This document shows positions 1 through 12,350 of a DNA stretch of 64,000 bases, piece by piece. The position numbers and the translations under genes are program-made. The stretch is from Callorhinchus milii (Eukaryota): contig NW_024704742.1 in the NCBI RefSeq assembly GCF_018977255.1, positions 101,682,001 to 101,746,000 of the forward strand, written 5' to 3'. Each line of letters opens with the position of its first letter. Position 1 is the first letter of the stretch. The notes under the pieces were generated by a model. It searched no databases. It was not told the DNA's origin and saw only the letters and a list, made by a program, of their open reading frames with translations.

Positions 1-118
1 AATCTCTTTTGCACCCTCTCCAATACCTTGACATCCTTCCTAAAGTGTGGTGCCCAGAACTGAACAGAGTACTCTAGCTGAGGCTTAACCAATGTTTTAT
101 AAAGGTTCATCATAAGTT
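1..118 (-). mobile_element. CR1 ORF2 fragment
   Basis: Reverse complement matches 7785-7890 (gcaccacactttaggaaggatgtcaagg). Confidence 0.85.
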
Positions 119-409
119 GTTGCTGCTGCTGTAAATGACCAGATTCTTCCTGTACCAGAGATTTCCACTCAAGAACCATAAACTGAGCGGTTTACAATCA
201 CCAGGAGAGTGCTGGCAGAGATTTGTATGGCAAGTATTAGTATCTTATGGGATGAACAAAGGGAGATATCAATAAATTGAGGACAACAGTGGAATCCATT
301 GTAACAATGCGACTGTTCATTATCCTTTTGGTATCATTGGTTTGCCTGAGAACACAACTTTTATCTTGAAAATTGGTCTTGAATCGCTCTAAAATAAGGA
401 TGTAACTTC

Positions 410-560
410 ATAAAATCATAGAATTATACAGTACAGAAGGAGGCCATTCAGCCCACCTTGTCTGTGCCAGCTTTTTGAAAAATGCCATCCAATTCAATCC
501 CACTCCCCCGCTCTCTCCCCATAGTCCTGTAAACTTGCCCTTCCCAAATAATTATCTAAT
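410..560 (-). mobile_element. CR1 3' end
   Basis: atcatagaattatacagtacagaaggaggccattcagccc. Confidence 0.8.
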
Positions 561-777
561 TAAGTTGTCACGAATGGAATCCAAATCACACCCAATGGAC
601 TCCGAGTTCCAGACATTAAATACTGTATATCTAATGATGTTGCCACAATAGCATGGCAGGAAACCTCCAGCTGGTTAATGGAGACTTTTGTGTAATAAGA
701 TTATGCATTCCACTTGCAATTTCCTCACTTACATTAGTCATAGGATCGATCACGTTTTACAATTACACTGCTAGAAA

Positions 778-1050
778 ATAATAATACTTTCATTTCATAT
801 GGCACCTTAGTTTATTGTGGAAAAGTCTTAACGCATTTCACAGGATTTACTGTAAATTCTAGTGACTGTATATTTTATAGATGAACACAGGAGACAATTT
901 GCACCCTGAATGTCCGACAAACTACCACAAAGCAAATCATCAATTTTATCTGCAAAATGTTTGACCAGGACACCAGGTAAACTCCCTTCTCTTTTTCAAA
1001 TAGTGCCATAAGATCTTTAACATTCACTTGAACGGGCAAATGGCTGCTTT
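778..1050 (-). mobile_element. Old SacSINE1-like DeuSINE fragment
   Basis: aaatagtgccataagatctttaacattcacttgaacgggc. Confidence 0.65.
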
Positions 1051-2084
1051 GAAGCCTCAAATGAGTTGTCACAAAAACTTGTTTTCAAATCTTTTCAATC
1101 TTTCTCTGGAATTTTATTTTCTTTAGACAGAAGGGATCTGCAGTGAAATGTCATACCAAAGTATTGAAACAATCTCTCTTTTTCAGGGAGTGTTTGTTTG
1201 ATTGGGTTTCAGAGGTTAACATTGTCAGTAGATGAATCAACAGCGGTAAGGATGGTCATCAATATGAGATTGTGTGGAATGAAAAATGTGATACTTGATG
1301 TGATAATTATATGAATTACAATTATTACACAAGATACTGTCAAAAAATTCTTTTTCATGTTACTCATTGAATTTCTTTAACTATTCATCAAGCACCAACA
1401 AAATTTTTATATTTATATAATGCCTCTCATGTCAGGAGACACCTCAAAGCGCTGCAGATAGCTAGCTGGGAGCCCAAGCCTGGGGTGGTGGGTGGAGACT
1501 GAAGGTGAAGAGGAGAAAGGGAAACTTGAAAGAAGTGTACATTATAATTTAGCACTTGCTATGTCTTCAGTTTCACCCAATACTTACCGATCATATTTTA
1601 CTATGACTCACTGACTTTATTGTTGTGGGTCTACCTATGTAACACTGTGTCAACATACATTAACATGACGCAAAACTGGGAAAAAAATCTAGTTTCTCAG
1701 TTAAACAAATACTGTCGTTTCTGTTCATTTAGTGAATTTAATTTAAGAAGCTTGCAACTGAGACCTCTAAGCAAACATTTATGCAACTGACAATATCGAT
1801 TTTAATGAAATTGTGTTAAATTCCACATGTCATAACATGTGAAGTGTGAGCAACCAGTTTCAAGTGGTAATAGATTTAAAAAGCCAGAGATACGACTGTA
1901 GTAAAAATGTGAATGCCTTTTTAAAGGCTCATTTTGAACATGTTAATTGGCTGATGACATTAATATACCTGACTAGTTTCAGATGAACAGGAACATCAAC
2001 AGGTTAATACTGAGTCTGTGTGAACATTTACTTGTTTTAAAAATCCATCTGCCAAAAAAAACTTAAAGAAATACACATACAGCA

Positions 2085-2780
2085 TCTCATCTGAGCGAAA
2101 AGCTGTGAATTCAAGCCTCACATCAGCTCTTGAACTCCTAATCCAATCTACAACTACAATACCTGGGGAGGGCTGCATTGTTGGAGAGGTCATCCATTGG
2201 ATGAGATGTTAAAACAAGGTCACATCTACCTATTCATCAGGTGATCATTAATCATTGATGACATTACAACATATGAAAAGAGAAGAGATTAAATAAATTG
2301 GTTACTCATTGTTTGTGGGGCCTTGCTGCCAGCGGCAGATTAATGTATGGGTCTTCGGAACCTGTGTTCAGGGACCCCAACCAGGGGCCTAGGGCACATC
2401 TGCCAACATCTCAAGTGGCTAAACGTGGGTTGCAATAAAAAAAGTATCTGTGACACGGAAAGTGGATGGGCTCTGTGTGCACACAAATGTCAACCTCGCG
2501 AAAACAGTTTGAATTGAATTCAAATCTCAGGGTATCATGCGAGTTGTAAGTCAATTAGAAGCCATTATGGGAGTATGTATGAACCAGTCTCTCTGAGGGG
2601 TCCTCAATGTTTGTGGTGCCCATTGCCCCAAGAATTCATAATCTGGCTCTGCTTGCTGCATGCAAAATGGCTGCTGCATTTATCAACAAAAACAATCGCT
2701 ACATTTTCCAGTGATTACTGCGTTAAAGAGCTTTGAGATATTTTGACCTGATAACTTTGCAGTATAAAAATTCAAGTTTT
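2085..2780 (+). mobile_element. Old SacSINE1-like DeuSINE, split by the MITE
   Basis: ggatgagatgttaaa...caggtg, Deu-like gtttgtggggccttgctg|catgcaaaatggctgctgc, gctttgaga tail. Confidence 0.7.
2330..2651. mobile_element. Non-autonomous hAT-type DNA transposon (MITE), 8-bp TSD
   Basis: Imperfect TIRs cagcggcagatta / taatctggctctg; TSD CTTGCTGC at 2322-2329 and 2652-2659. Confidence 0.8.
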
Positions 2781-3419
2781 TTATCATGTTTTATTCCTCC
2801 CCTTTGAGCTACAACAATGTTCCAATATTATTATTCAATAATAATTTGCAAATAGAGTTGTGGAGCAAAGGCCTCCAGAGAACTAAGATTGTTCTCAACA
2901 GCAATATCCTAGTGCCAGTGTACAGGAGGATTGCAGGTTTCACAACCGTGCAGTAGCAAGGCAGACCTGATAAGCCAATCCAGCAGCATGAGGAGGGAAC
3001 TGAGTGAGGTGAAACAGAGTGAGAATTTTGTTAAGGAATTTGGTGAGAGTGGGAATTCTTCAGCCAGAGAACACTTTCATTCAGTAAGTGAGTGGGAAAT
3101 CTATCTTGAGGTAGAGGCAACCTTATATGTAAGCGAACAAACAAGTCAAATAGCAGTTAATCATAGGCCAGGTGTTGGGGATTAAAAAATCTCTGACCAG
3201 TCGAAACTGGGTGCTTATGTTTGAGTCCTATATAAAAGGGAAGACTTGCGAGAGCCTCACTTGAGCTCAGCAGTGTGAGGAGGGAACTGAGTGAGGTGGA
3301 ACAGAGTGTGAATTCTGTTAAGGAATCTGGTGAGAGTGGGAATTTGGTGCAGAGGGTGAAAGAGGTGCATAATTATAAAATATACAATATTTATATTAAA
3401 AGAAAACATGTCTGGAAAT

Positions 3420-4301
3420 ATGGCAGGGCAGCTGAGACATGTTGAAACTCCAGGATACTTTATGTGCTCTGGACAAACATGTGTGTAGAAAGTGCCACTG
3501 GCAGCTTGAGCTCAGGGTTACTGAGCTTGAGGAGAGGCTGGTGTCACTACATAGGATGCGAGAGGCTGAAGGGTTCACGGATCGAATGTTTCAAGAGGTG
3601 GTCACCACAGAGCCACAGAGGGTTCAGAAGGAGAGTAAGTGGGTGACAACCTGGCATGGTAGGAAGACTCAATGAACAGTGCAGAAATCCCCTGAGAGTT
3701 TGGCACACACAAACTGGTTCTCTGTATTTAATACCATTGAGGGTGATGACACCTCTGGGGAGGGGAGTCAAAAGCAAATGGATGCACAGGGGGACACGGG
3801 GAAGAATATCAATGCAATTGTCATTGGGGACACAATGGTGAAAGGAGTATTTCTGCAACCAAAGACATGGCTCTTGCATAGTATGTTGCTTCCCTGGTAC
3901 CAGGGTTGAAGACATCACGGAATGGGTGCAAAACGTTCTACAGGGGGAAGGGGAGAGTCCAGAAGTGGTGGTTCATGTTGAGATCCATGACGTAGAGAAA
4001 AAAAGGACTGAGATCCTACAGGGAGAGTATCAGAAGCTAGCGAAAAGCTAAAGAGTAAGACCTCAAAGGTGATGATCTCTTTGAGTGCCTCGTGTAAGTG
4101 TGTATCAAAACAGCAGGATCAAACACATGAATGCATGGCTGGAGAAATGGTGTAGAAAGGAGGGCTTCAGATTCTGAATCATTGGGGCCAGTTCTGGGAC
4201 AGGAGGGAGCTATACAATGTGGGTGGGTTACACCTGATCAGGGCTGGGACCAACGTCCTCGCAGGGAGGTTAACTAGTGCTGTGGGGAACGGTTTAAATA
4301 A
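3420..4301 (+). pseudogene. CR1 ORF1 remnant (zinc finger/leucine zipper + SGNH/GDSL esterase)
   Basis: ATG at 3420; fragments HVCRKC..LELRVTELEERL, IVIGDTMV (GDS-like), VVVHV, GLHL; ends ggtttaaataa; frameshifted. Confidence 0.8.
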
Positions 4302-5460
4302 ATTTTTAGGGGGTAATGGAATCAGGATGTAGCATTAGAGAGGACAAACAAGTTACATAGAGGACTGGGAGAGACGAATAATAAGGAGTAATCCAGAAAA
4401 AGGAGGGATTAGACGAGGGAGAAATGCAGAACAGACTGAATCGGTCTTGGAGTGCATGTCCATAAATTCACGGAGTGTGACAAATAAGATTGGTTAGCTG
4501 CAGGCTCAAGTTGCCACATGGGGTTATGACGTGGTGGCAATAATGGAGACCTGGCTCAAACAAGGACAGGAATGGGAGCTGAATATTTCTGGCTTCAATG
4601 TACTCAGAAGGGATAGGGAAGGAAAAAAAGGAAGGGTGAAGGTGGCAATATTGATTAAAGACCCGCTTAAGGCCCTGGAAAAGCACGATGGGCGAGAGGG
4701 TCCAAAAACAGAATCTATTTGATTAGAGTTAAGGAGCAGAAAGGAGCTGTTATTCTGTTAGGTGTATACTAAAGACCACCAAATAGTGGGAAGGAGATAG
4801 ATGAGTAAATCTGCAGGCAGATTTCAGAAAGACACACAACCAATAGAGTAGCGATAATGGAGGACTTCAATTATCCTCACATAGACTGGCAAAATAACAG
4901 TGTAAAGGGAAAGGAGGGGGAAGGATTCCTGAAATATGTGCAGGATAACTTTCTGGATCAGTATGTTTCCAGCCCAACGAGGAAGGAAGCACTCCTGGAT
5001 CTAGTAATGGGGAATGAAGTGGGATAAGTGGAGCAGGTTTCAGTAGGAGAGTATTGGACAACAATGATCACAACATCATTAGGTATAGAGTACTTATGGA
5101 AAGGGACAAGGAGCAATCAAAAGTGAAGATACTCAACTGGAACACAGCTAATTTTAGTGAGTTAAAAAGGAATTAGCCAAGGTGGACTGGAAAGAGAGAT
5201 TGACAGGTAAAATAGCTACCAAGCAATGGGAAGCCTTCAAGGAGGAGATAGTTCAGGGACAAAACAGATGCATTCCCAAAAAAGGGAAAGGTAAGGCATC
5301 CAAACCTCCACTGATGACCAAGGAAATTGGGATTAAAATAAAACAGGAAAAGGAGGCTTATAATAAATGTCAGGTTCAAAATACATAAGATAATCAAATA
5401 GAATATAGAAAGTACAGAGGAGAACTAAAAAAGGAAATAAGTGGGGTAAGGAGGTTGTAT

Positions 5461-5784
5461 ATAATAATAATAATAATAATCCTTGCATTTGATATAGCGC
5501 TTTTCACGTCGGGAGGATGTCCCAAAGTGCTTCACAGAACACACTGTAAAGTGAATTGACTGTATATTTGTGGGCGAACGCGGCAGCCAATTGCGCACAG
5601 CAATGTCCCACAAACAGTCGTAGATTGAAAATGATCAATATATTATTGTTTTTTTTTGGAGGGATTATTATTAGGCTCTGTGTGGAGTAAGGAAACTTGC
5701 CCAAGGTTTCGCCCTGCCGGGAATTGAACTCAGGTCTCTCGCTTGCAAAGCGAGTGCTCTAACCACTGAGCTACAGGATTCCAC
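5461..5784 (-). mobile_element. Young tRNA(Ala-like)-derived Deu-domain SINE, full length
   Basis: A box tagctcagtgg, B box gagttcaattcc, Deu-like tgtgggacattgctgtgcgcaattggctgccgcg, L2-like tail and (TTA)n; interrupts CR1 ORF2. Confidence 0.92.
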
Positions 5785-6333
5785 ATGAGAAAAGATTAGC
5801 AGGTAACATAAAAGGGAACCCTAAGGTATTTTATAAGCATATAAAGAATAATAGGTTAGTCAAAGGGTGGGTCCAATTAGTGACCAAAGAGGAAATCTTC
5901 TTGTGGAGGCAGACCCACTGAATGAGTACTTTGCATGTCTTCACAAAAGAAGAGGATGCAGCCAATGCCACAGTGTCGGAGGAGAGGGCAGAAAAATTAG
6001 ATAAGATCAGAATAAACCGAGACGAGGTACTAAAATGGTTGTCGGTGCTCAAGGTAAATAAGGCACCCGGTCCGAACGGGATGCTTCCTAGGTTACTGAG
6101 GGATGTAAGGATGGAAATTACAGAGGTTCCGGCCACAATCTTTCAGTCCTCCTTGGACACCAGGGTGGTGTCAGATGACTGGAGTGGGTGAAGGTAATGC
6201 AGTTGATGTAGTCTATATGGAATTTCAAAAGGAGTTTGATAAGGTGCCACATAAGAGACTTGTAAGCAAAATAGAAGCCCATGGTATTAAAGGGACAGTA
6301 GCAGCATGGATACAGAACTGGCTGGAAGACAGA

Positions 6334-6778
6334 AACAACAACAACAACAACAAGATTCCGTTTATAGAGCGCCTTTCACGTCGGGAGGACGTCCCAAGGC
6401 GCTGGACAGTTGGGTCAGGACCCGAGCAGGGGGGAAATGGTCAGGGTGAGGGAGGGAAGGGAGGGAGCGAGGAGGGGGTAGAGAGTCGAGAGGGGAGCTG
6501 AAGGCACGGTCAAAGAGAAAGGTCTTGAGACCGGCCTTGAAGGAGGAAAGGGAGGAGGCGGCGAAGGCACTGGGGGATGGAGTTCCAGAACCTAGGGGCT
6601 GAGAGGCTGAAGGCCCGGCTACCGATGGTAGGGCGGTTGGGGCGGGGGATGTGGAGCAGACCGGAGCCAGAGGGACGGAGGGTACGGGCAGGTAGGTAGG
6701 GGGATAGTAGGTCGGAGAGGTAGAAGTGAGCAAGGCCGTGAATGGCCTTGTAGGTGAGGATGAGGATCTTGAATTCGA
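6334..6778 (-). mobile_element. Young L2 LINE 3' fragment with (TTG)n tail
   Basis: Minus strand encodes EFKILILTYKAIHGLA...FKAGLKTFLF (L2 ORF2 C-terminus); nearly identical to 26689-27128. Confidence 0.9.
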
Positions 6779-6784
6779 GAGTGG

Positions 6785-7326
6785 GCACCTTACTTTAGGA
6801 AAGATGTTAGGGCATTGGAAAAGGTGCAAAGGAGATTTACCAGGGTGGTACCAGGAATGAAGGACCTTAGTTATGAAGAGAGGTCAGTGAAACTAAGATT
6901 ATTCTCCCTAAAGCAGAGAAGATTAAGAGGGGATTTAATAGAGGTTTTTAAGATCATGAGAGGATTCAATAGGTTGAACTGGGAAAAACTTTTCCACTGG
7001 AATGCGGGTCAGTAACCTGAGGACACCGATTTAAGATAGCTGTCAAAAGAAACAGAGGGGACATTAGGAAAATGTTTTTCACCCAACGAGTTGTTTGGAT
7101 CTGGAATGCATTACCTGAAATGGTAGTGAAAGCCGATTCAATGACAACTTTTAAGAGAGAAGTCGATGGGTATTTGGGGAGGACAAGATTGCAGGGCTAT
7201 GGAGAGAAAGCGGGCCAGTGGGATTGAGTTGGATTGCTCTTTTCAGAGCCGGCGCAGACATAATGGGCCGAATGGCCTCTTTCTGTGCTGTATAAATGTA
7301 ATTTTGTTGTTGTTGTATGATTCTAT
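6785..7326 (+). mobile_element. 5'-truncated CR1 copy 'B' inserted in CR1 A, TSD GAGTGG
   Basis: Repeats the ORF2 C-terminus (EKVQRRFTR...) also seen at 7875 and ends in a CR1 3' end (gggccgaatggcct...gattctat). GAGTGG at 6779-6784 and 7327-7332; host RT resumes at gtggtggtgaatgg. Confidence 0.85.
7294..7313 (+). mobile_element. Ultra-short L2 3'-tail insertion in the 3' end of CR1 B
   Basis: aaatgtaattttgttgttgt matches L2 tails at about 18527 and 37728; flanked by TGTAT at 7289-7293 and 7314-7318. Confidence 0.6.
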
Positions 7327-8179
7327 GAGTGGTGGTGAATGGTGTTTTTCTGACTGGAGGGAGGTTTACAGTGTAGTCCGCCATGGGTTAGTATTGAGAC
7401 CACTGCTGTTTTTGATCTATATAAATGACCTGGACTTGGGTATAGGGAGTATCATGTCCAAGTTTGCAGATGATACTAAGCCAGGAACAGTAGAAAATAG
7501 AAATAGACTGCAAATGGACAGAGACAGACAGGTAAAATGGGCAGACATGTGGCAGATGAAGTTTAATGTGGAGAAATGTGAAATGATGCATTTTGGGAAG
7601 AAGAATGAGGAGAAGCAATATAAGCTGATGGTACAATCTTAAAGGGGGTTAAGGAATAGAGAGACCTGGGGGTTCATATAAGTATATTTTTGAAGGTGGC
7701 AGGGCAGATAGATAAAGTTGTTAAAAAAAGCATACAGGTCACTAGGCTTTATAAATAGGAGCATAGAATACAAAAGTCAGGAAGTTATGATGAACCTTTA
7801 TAGAACATTGGTTAGGCCTCAGCTAGAACTGTGTTCAGTTCTGGACACCACACTTTAGGAAGGATGTCAAGGTATTGGAGAGGGTACAAAGGAAATTTAC
7901 CAGGATGGTACCAGGAATGAAGGACCTGAGTTATGAGGAGAGGAAAGCGAAACTAGAATTATTCTCCCCAGAGCAGAGAAGATTAACAGGAGACTTGATA
8001 AAAGTTTTCAAAATTATGAGGAGATTTGATAAGGTGAACAATGAGAAACTATTTCTACTAGCGGGTGGGTCGGTAACCTGAGGACACCGATTTAAAATAG
8101 TTGTTAAAAGAAACAGAGGGGAGGTGAAAATTTTTTTTACACAGCGAGTTATTCGGATCTGGAATGCATTACCTTTTTT

Positions 8180-8493
8180 GTGGAGTCCTGTAGCTCAGTG
8201 GTTAGAGCACTCGCTTTGCAAGCGAGAGACCTGAGTTCAATTCCAGGCAGAGGGCGAAACCTTGGGCAAGTTTCCTTACTCCACACGCCTAATAATAATC
8301 CCTCCAAAACCAAAAACAATAATAAATTGGTCATTTTCAATCTACGATTGTTTGTGGGACATTGCTGTGCGCAATTGGCTGCCGCGTTCGCCCACAAATA
8401 TACAGTCAATTCACTTTACAGTATATTCTGTGAAGCGCTTTGGGACGTCCTCCCGACGTGAAAAGCGCTATATCAAATGCAAGGATTATTATT
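8180..8493 (+). mobile_element. Young tRNA-derived Deu SINE, full length
   Basis: Near-identical to the 5461, 23265 and 51535 copies; inserted in the CR1 A 3' region. Confidence 0.92.
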
Positions 8494-9529
8494 AAAGGGT
8501 GGTGGAAGCTGGTTTGATAACTCAATTGTATAATATTGTACACAGAGATAATTTTTGTGTACAGCTGAGTAAAATAGTAATCTTTGCATTAAATTTCATT
8601 TCAAAAGATGGTCTCAAAGCGCTTCACAGGGTTACTTGCGGTGTAATTGTAGGTGAATTCGGCAGCCAATTTTTTAACAAATTATTCACTGATTGCACTT
8701 GATTCGCCCCCAAAAGCACATCCTTACCGTCCTTCAACAATGTTTGGGATAGTAGAATAGTGATGAATGCTCAGTATGTTTTGTGTGGCTAATATGCACT
8801 CTGGTCTGTTGTAGAACTGTAGGCTTGTGGATTATACCATTATATGTTTCAAGAAGGTCGAATAGAATGTCTAGCAGCACGGGAAACTCTGCTGCTTGGG
8901 AAGCAGATCTTCAGTACTTTTTATTCGCACAATTACTCCTGAGCCTCATCGCCACATTTGTTTTAACATTACAGATGGTTGTTGAGAAACTGGAGAAAAA
9001 CAAATCTCATCTGTGGCTTTGTGAAAGAAAGAAGTAACTTTGAAAATGAACACATGTTAGAATACCAACATGAAAACACGGAAGGCTGGCCGGCTGCAGA
9101 TGCACACAATCATTTATTCAGTTCAAGTGCTGCTGACAAATATGAACACAGGAATCCATTCATGCAAATAAATACAACTGGTACCAGCTGGCTGTTGATG
9201 TCAAAATAAATTTACTGTTTGAGGATATCATTTACAAAAAAAACTATTTTTCACACCTACCAAACTGGCCAGACTATGTTGGTTATTAATAATTATAATC
9301 ATTGCATTTGATATAGCGCCTTATCATGTCATTGAGACATCTCAAAGGTCTTCACAGAATATATTGTAAAGTGAATTGACTACATTTTGTGGGAGAAAAG
9401 CGGTAGCCAATTGTGCACAGCAGTGTCCTATAAACAGCTGTGGATTGAGTGACTAATTTATTATTATGGATTTCTATATTAGACTCTTTGTGTGTCTATA
9501 TTAGACGTTACTGTTTGTCAACCATTGCT

Positions 9530-9620
9530 CAGGCCATGTAGTTATTGAATGGCGGAGCAGGCACGAAGGGCCGAATGGCCTACTCCTACTCCTAATTCTT
9601 ATGTTCTTATGTTCTTATGT
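9530..9620 (+). mobile_element. CR1 3' end with (TTCTTATG)n tail
   Basis: gaatggcggagcaggcacgaagggccgaatggcctactcc...ttcttatgttcttatgttcttatg. Confidence 0.8.
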
Positions 9621-9854
9621 ACTGTATTTATTTATTGTGTTTTGTGGTGTTGTAGACGTTTTATACTGTATTCCAGTTTTGTTCCTGCAAGTGATTCGTA
9701 GTCTATTAAGCAATCTTTGCATTTCATATAACTCTGATCATGTTAGCAAGATGTTTCAAAGCATTTTACAGGAATTTACGTCTCAGAGGGGACCTTATAG
9801 AGATCCCCTCTGAGATTATTTCTAATCCCATTTCAAATAAAATTTCAAATGGGA

Positions 9855-10215
9855 TTATAATAATAATCCTTATGTTTGTTATAGTACCTTTCATGTCAGA
9901 AGGCCATCCCAAAGTGCTTCACAGGATATACGGTCAAGTGCAGTGACCATGTGTTTTGTGGGCAAATGTGGCAGCCACTTTTGCCCACAGCAATGTTCAA
10001 ACAATTGTGAAATTGATGACCAACTTTATTTTAGGGAATTGTTGGCCAGAACATTGGGAGAAACTCCCTTCTCTTTTTGAATAGTGCCATGGGATTTATA
10101 ATATCCACCTGAACAGGCAGATAGGGCCTCAGTTTTAACATCTCATCCAAAATACTGACCTACAACAATGCAGCACACCTCAACACTGCATTAGAGTGTC
10201 AGTTTAAGACGATGT
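9855..10215 (-). mobile_element. Old SacSINE1-like DeuSINE
   Basis: aatagtgccatgggatt...ccacctgaacaggcaga on the plus strand. Confidence 0.75.
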
Positions 10216-12350
10216 GAGTTCCAAGTCCTGATCCAAGTTGTAGGTTTGAACAAGAGGATACATGTCACATAAAGGGCAATTTCGGAATGGACACCAGTAT
10301 TTATTTACCCAGTGGTTAATTAACAACTAGAACAGCTTACCAGGAAGAGCGTTGAGGCCAGGATGATGGAGTCATTTTTAAAAAAACAAATAAAATGGGC
10401 AGAAATGCCTTCTTCATTCAAACCAATATAGTGATTTTGTGAGAAGCAATATTCATCTGGGTCAGAGAGTGCCTGGGTGAAAGGTGTGTGCTTTTGTACT
10501 TTTCTGCCCGATTATACTACAGTGGTTGTTTTACATTGCTTCCAGTAGCACAGTAATTTGAAGCAAGAAACCTGCTTATAACGCTCAGTTTGTAATGCTC
10601 TTGCTGGAACTGAGCTCAAAAGAAGCAGAGCTTCTGCACGCACGCAAATAAGAAGAAATCATTATCCTGAGCCAAGTTTCAGTTTATTTTCAATTATGAA
10701 AGAGTTGGGAGTGTGGCCAATTATGAAGTTGCCTTTTGAAGTTTGCTACTGTTCCCACCAGGCTGGTAAATGAAGGTGCTACCCAAACATCACAATCCAA
10801 TAAAACTGTTTTAATCCTCAGCATGGTGTAATATTGTCCCCCTATATACCAATAAAGGTCACTGAGCAGAGCAGCAGGAAAACTTTAAGGAAACTGGCAT
10901 TAGCAGTTTCAGGAAGTGGAGCCCTTGGAGACAGTGTAAATCACTCAGCAGTCAGATTTTATTGATTGACCTTTTTCAATGGAGATTCAGTCCATTGGAA
11001 TTGACCGTCTCTGAGGTAAGTTTTTCTTTAATGAAAACAATATTTTGTGCCTGCAAGCAGCATTTTATTATTACACAGCTCATTACCTATTTGCTGCCAA
11101 GATTGACACAAAGAAACAGTGAGTTAGGAGAGCAAAGAACAAGTTATGAAAAAGTAAATCAACTCCATTATCCATTCATTTCAGCAGTGGCCGTTTTTCA
11201 TAATATCAAAATAGTAATGTTAAAACTCTTTAAAATTACCTCAAAGATATTTCAATCAAAGCAGACTTCTGGCTTTGTGAAAAGAAACAAACGTGTGCGG
11301 AACATGAGGAATGGAAGAAATTAAAGAACTGAAGGAAACAGAGAAGTATTAGTCCATCAATGGCTGGCAAGTCCCCCCGATCAGAGCCTTTACCCTGCCC
11401 ATTCTACCTGAAGCCCAAAAGCAACTACGCCCCAAACCTGTAGAACCAACTGCCTCAATCCCTCCACTTGCCCCCTCTTTGCCTATCTTTAGATCATACC
11501 TGGAACCTTTCCTCTTCGGCCATATCTTCAGTCACCTCCCCTTTCTCCCCTGCTCGGTGTCAAACTTCACCATTGTTCAGCACTCTGAGTCGTTGAAAAT
11601 TAATTAGCTCAAAAGCAATCAAGCAAAAGTGAAGACTATGTATTCATCCCCACTATCTAATCGTGGTCTCCAGCCACCCATTCACACCATTCCCCTTCCA
11701 ACCATTACAATAATCATTGTATCCCACAGTGTATTTTACAATCCTGGTCTGTTTCATACCATAGCATGTTTGGTGCACTTTTGACTACATGGACAGTTCA
11801 CAGGAAATCCCGTTATAACTCCTCTTTGTTAAAGTGTGCTGAACTCACTCCCATAGCTCATTGGGGTGAACATAATGGGTTCCCTTTTACATTGTATCAG
11901 ATGAAATCCATTTAACTCAGTCACCAATCATACCAACTCTGTAATGGATATCCCTGGAATGTGCAAGTTTGGGGTAAAAAGTGAGGATTGGCGGAAACTA
12001 TAATGCCGCTGTGCAGACTATTGATCACGTTTGGCCTTTTGGAAGTCTGCAAATGAGAACCATTGCCCTCAATCTAGGCCGAGAACCCCCAACCTTGTTC
12101 CTAACCAAATGTTCATCCAGCTGCTTTTTGAAAGAATTAATCAACGGCATCCACTACATTTGTTGTGAAACTGTTTCATATTCCTTCTACACTCAGGACA
12201 ATGGGTACTATTAATTTGCCTTATAGCATTTTTCAAACCCAATATTTATCACATTTTGTTACAATGATTTTGTTAAACAAGGATTATTAATAATGATCGA
12301 TATCTTGATGTTTCATGCGGTGACAAAATGCAATCTACTATGTCTTCAAC

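Larger units (their letters stand above)
4441..8175 (+). pseudogene. CR1 ORF2 remnant (APE endonuclease + reverse transcriptase), interrupted
   Basis: ORF-track fragments at 4531, 5182, 5922, 6175, 7166 and 7875 are collinear pieces of a CR1 ORF2. Confidence 0.88.
2981..8520 (+). mobile_element. Near-full-length degenerate CR1 LINE (host element 'A') with nested insertions
   Basis: 5' repeat region, ORF1 remnants, endonuclease (VAIMETWL), KAPGPNG, DVVYMEFQKEFDKVPH, FLIYINDL, KFADD at about 7460, then the CR1 C-terminal region to about 8520. Many stops and frameshifts, plus an internal RT deletion near 6185. Confidence 0.92.

Noticed and set aside
8180..8255. tRNA-Ala-like gene (also 5710-5784, 23265, 51780, 60629, 31058)
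   Set aside because: These are SINE heads: no proper acceptor stem, and they run straight into a repeat body.
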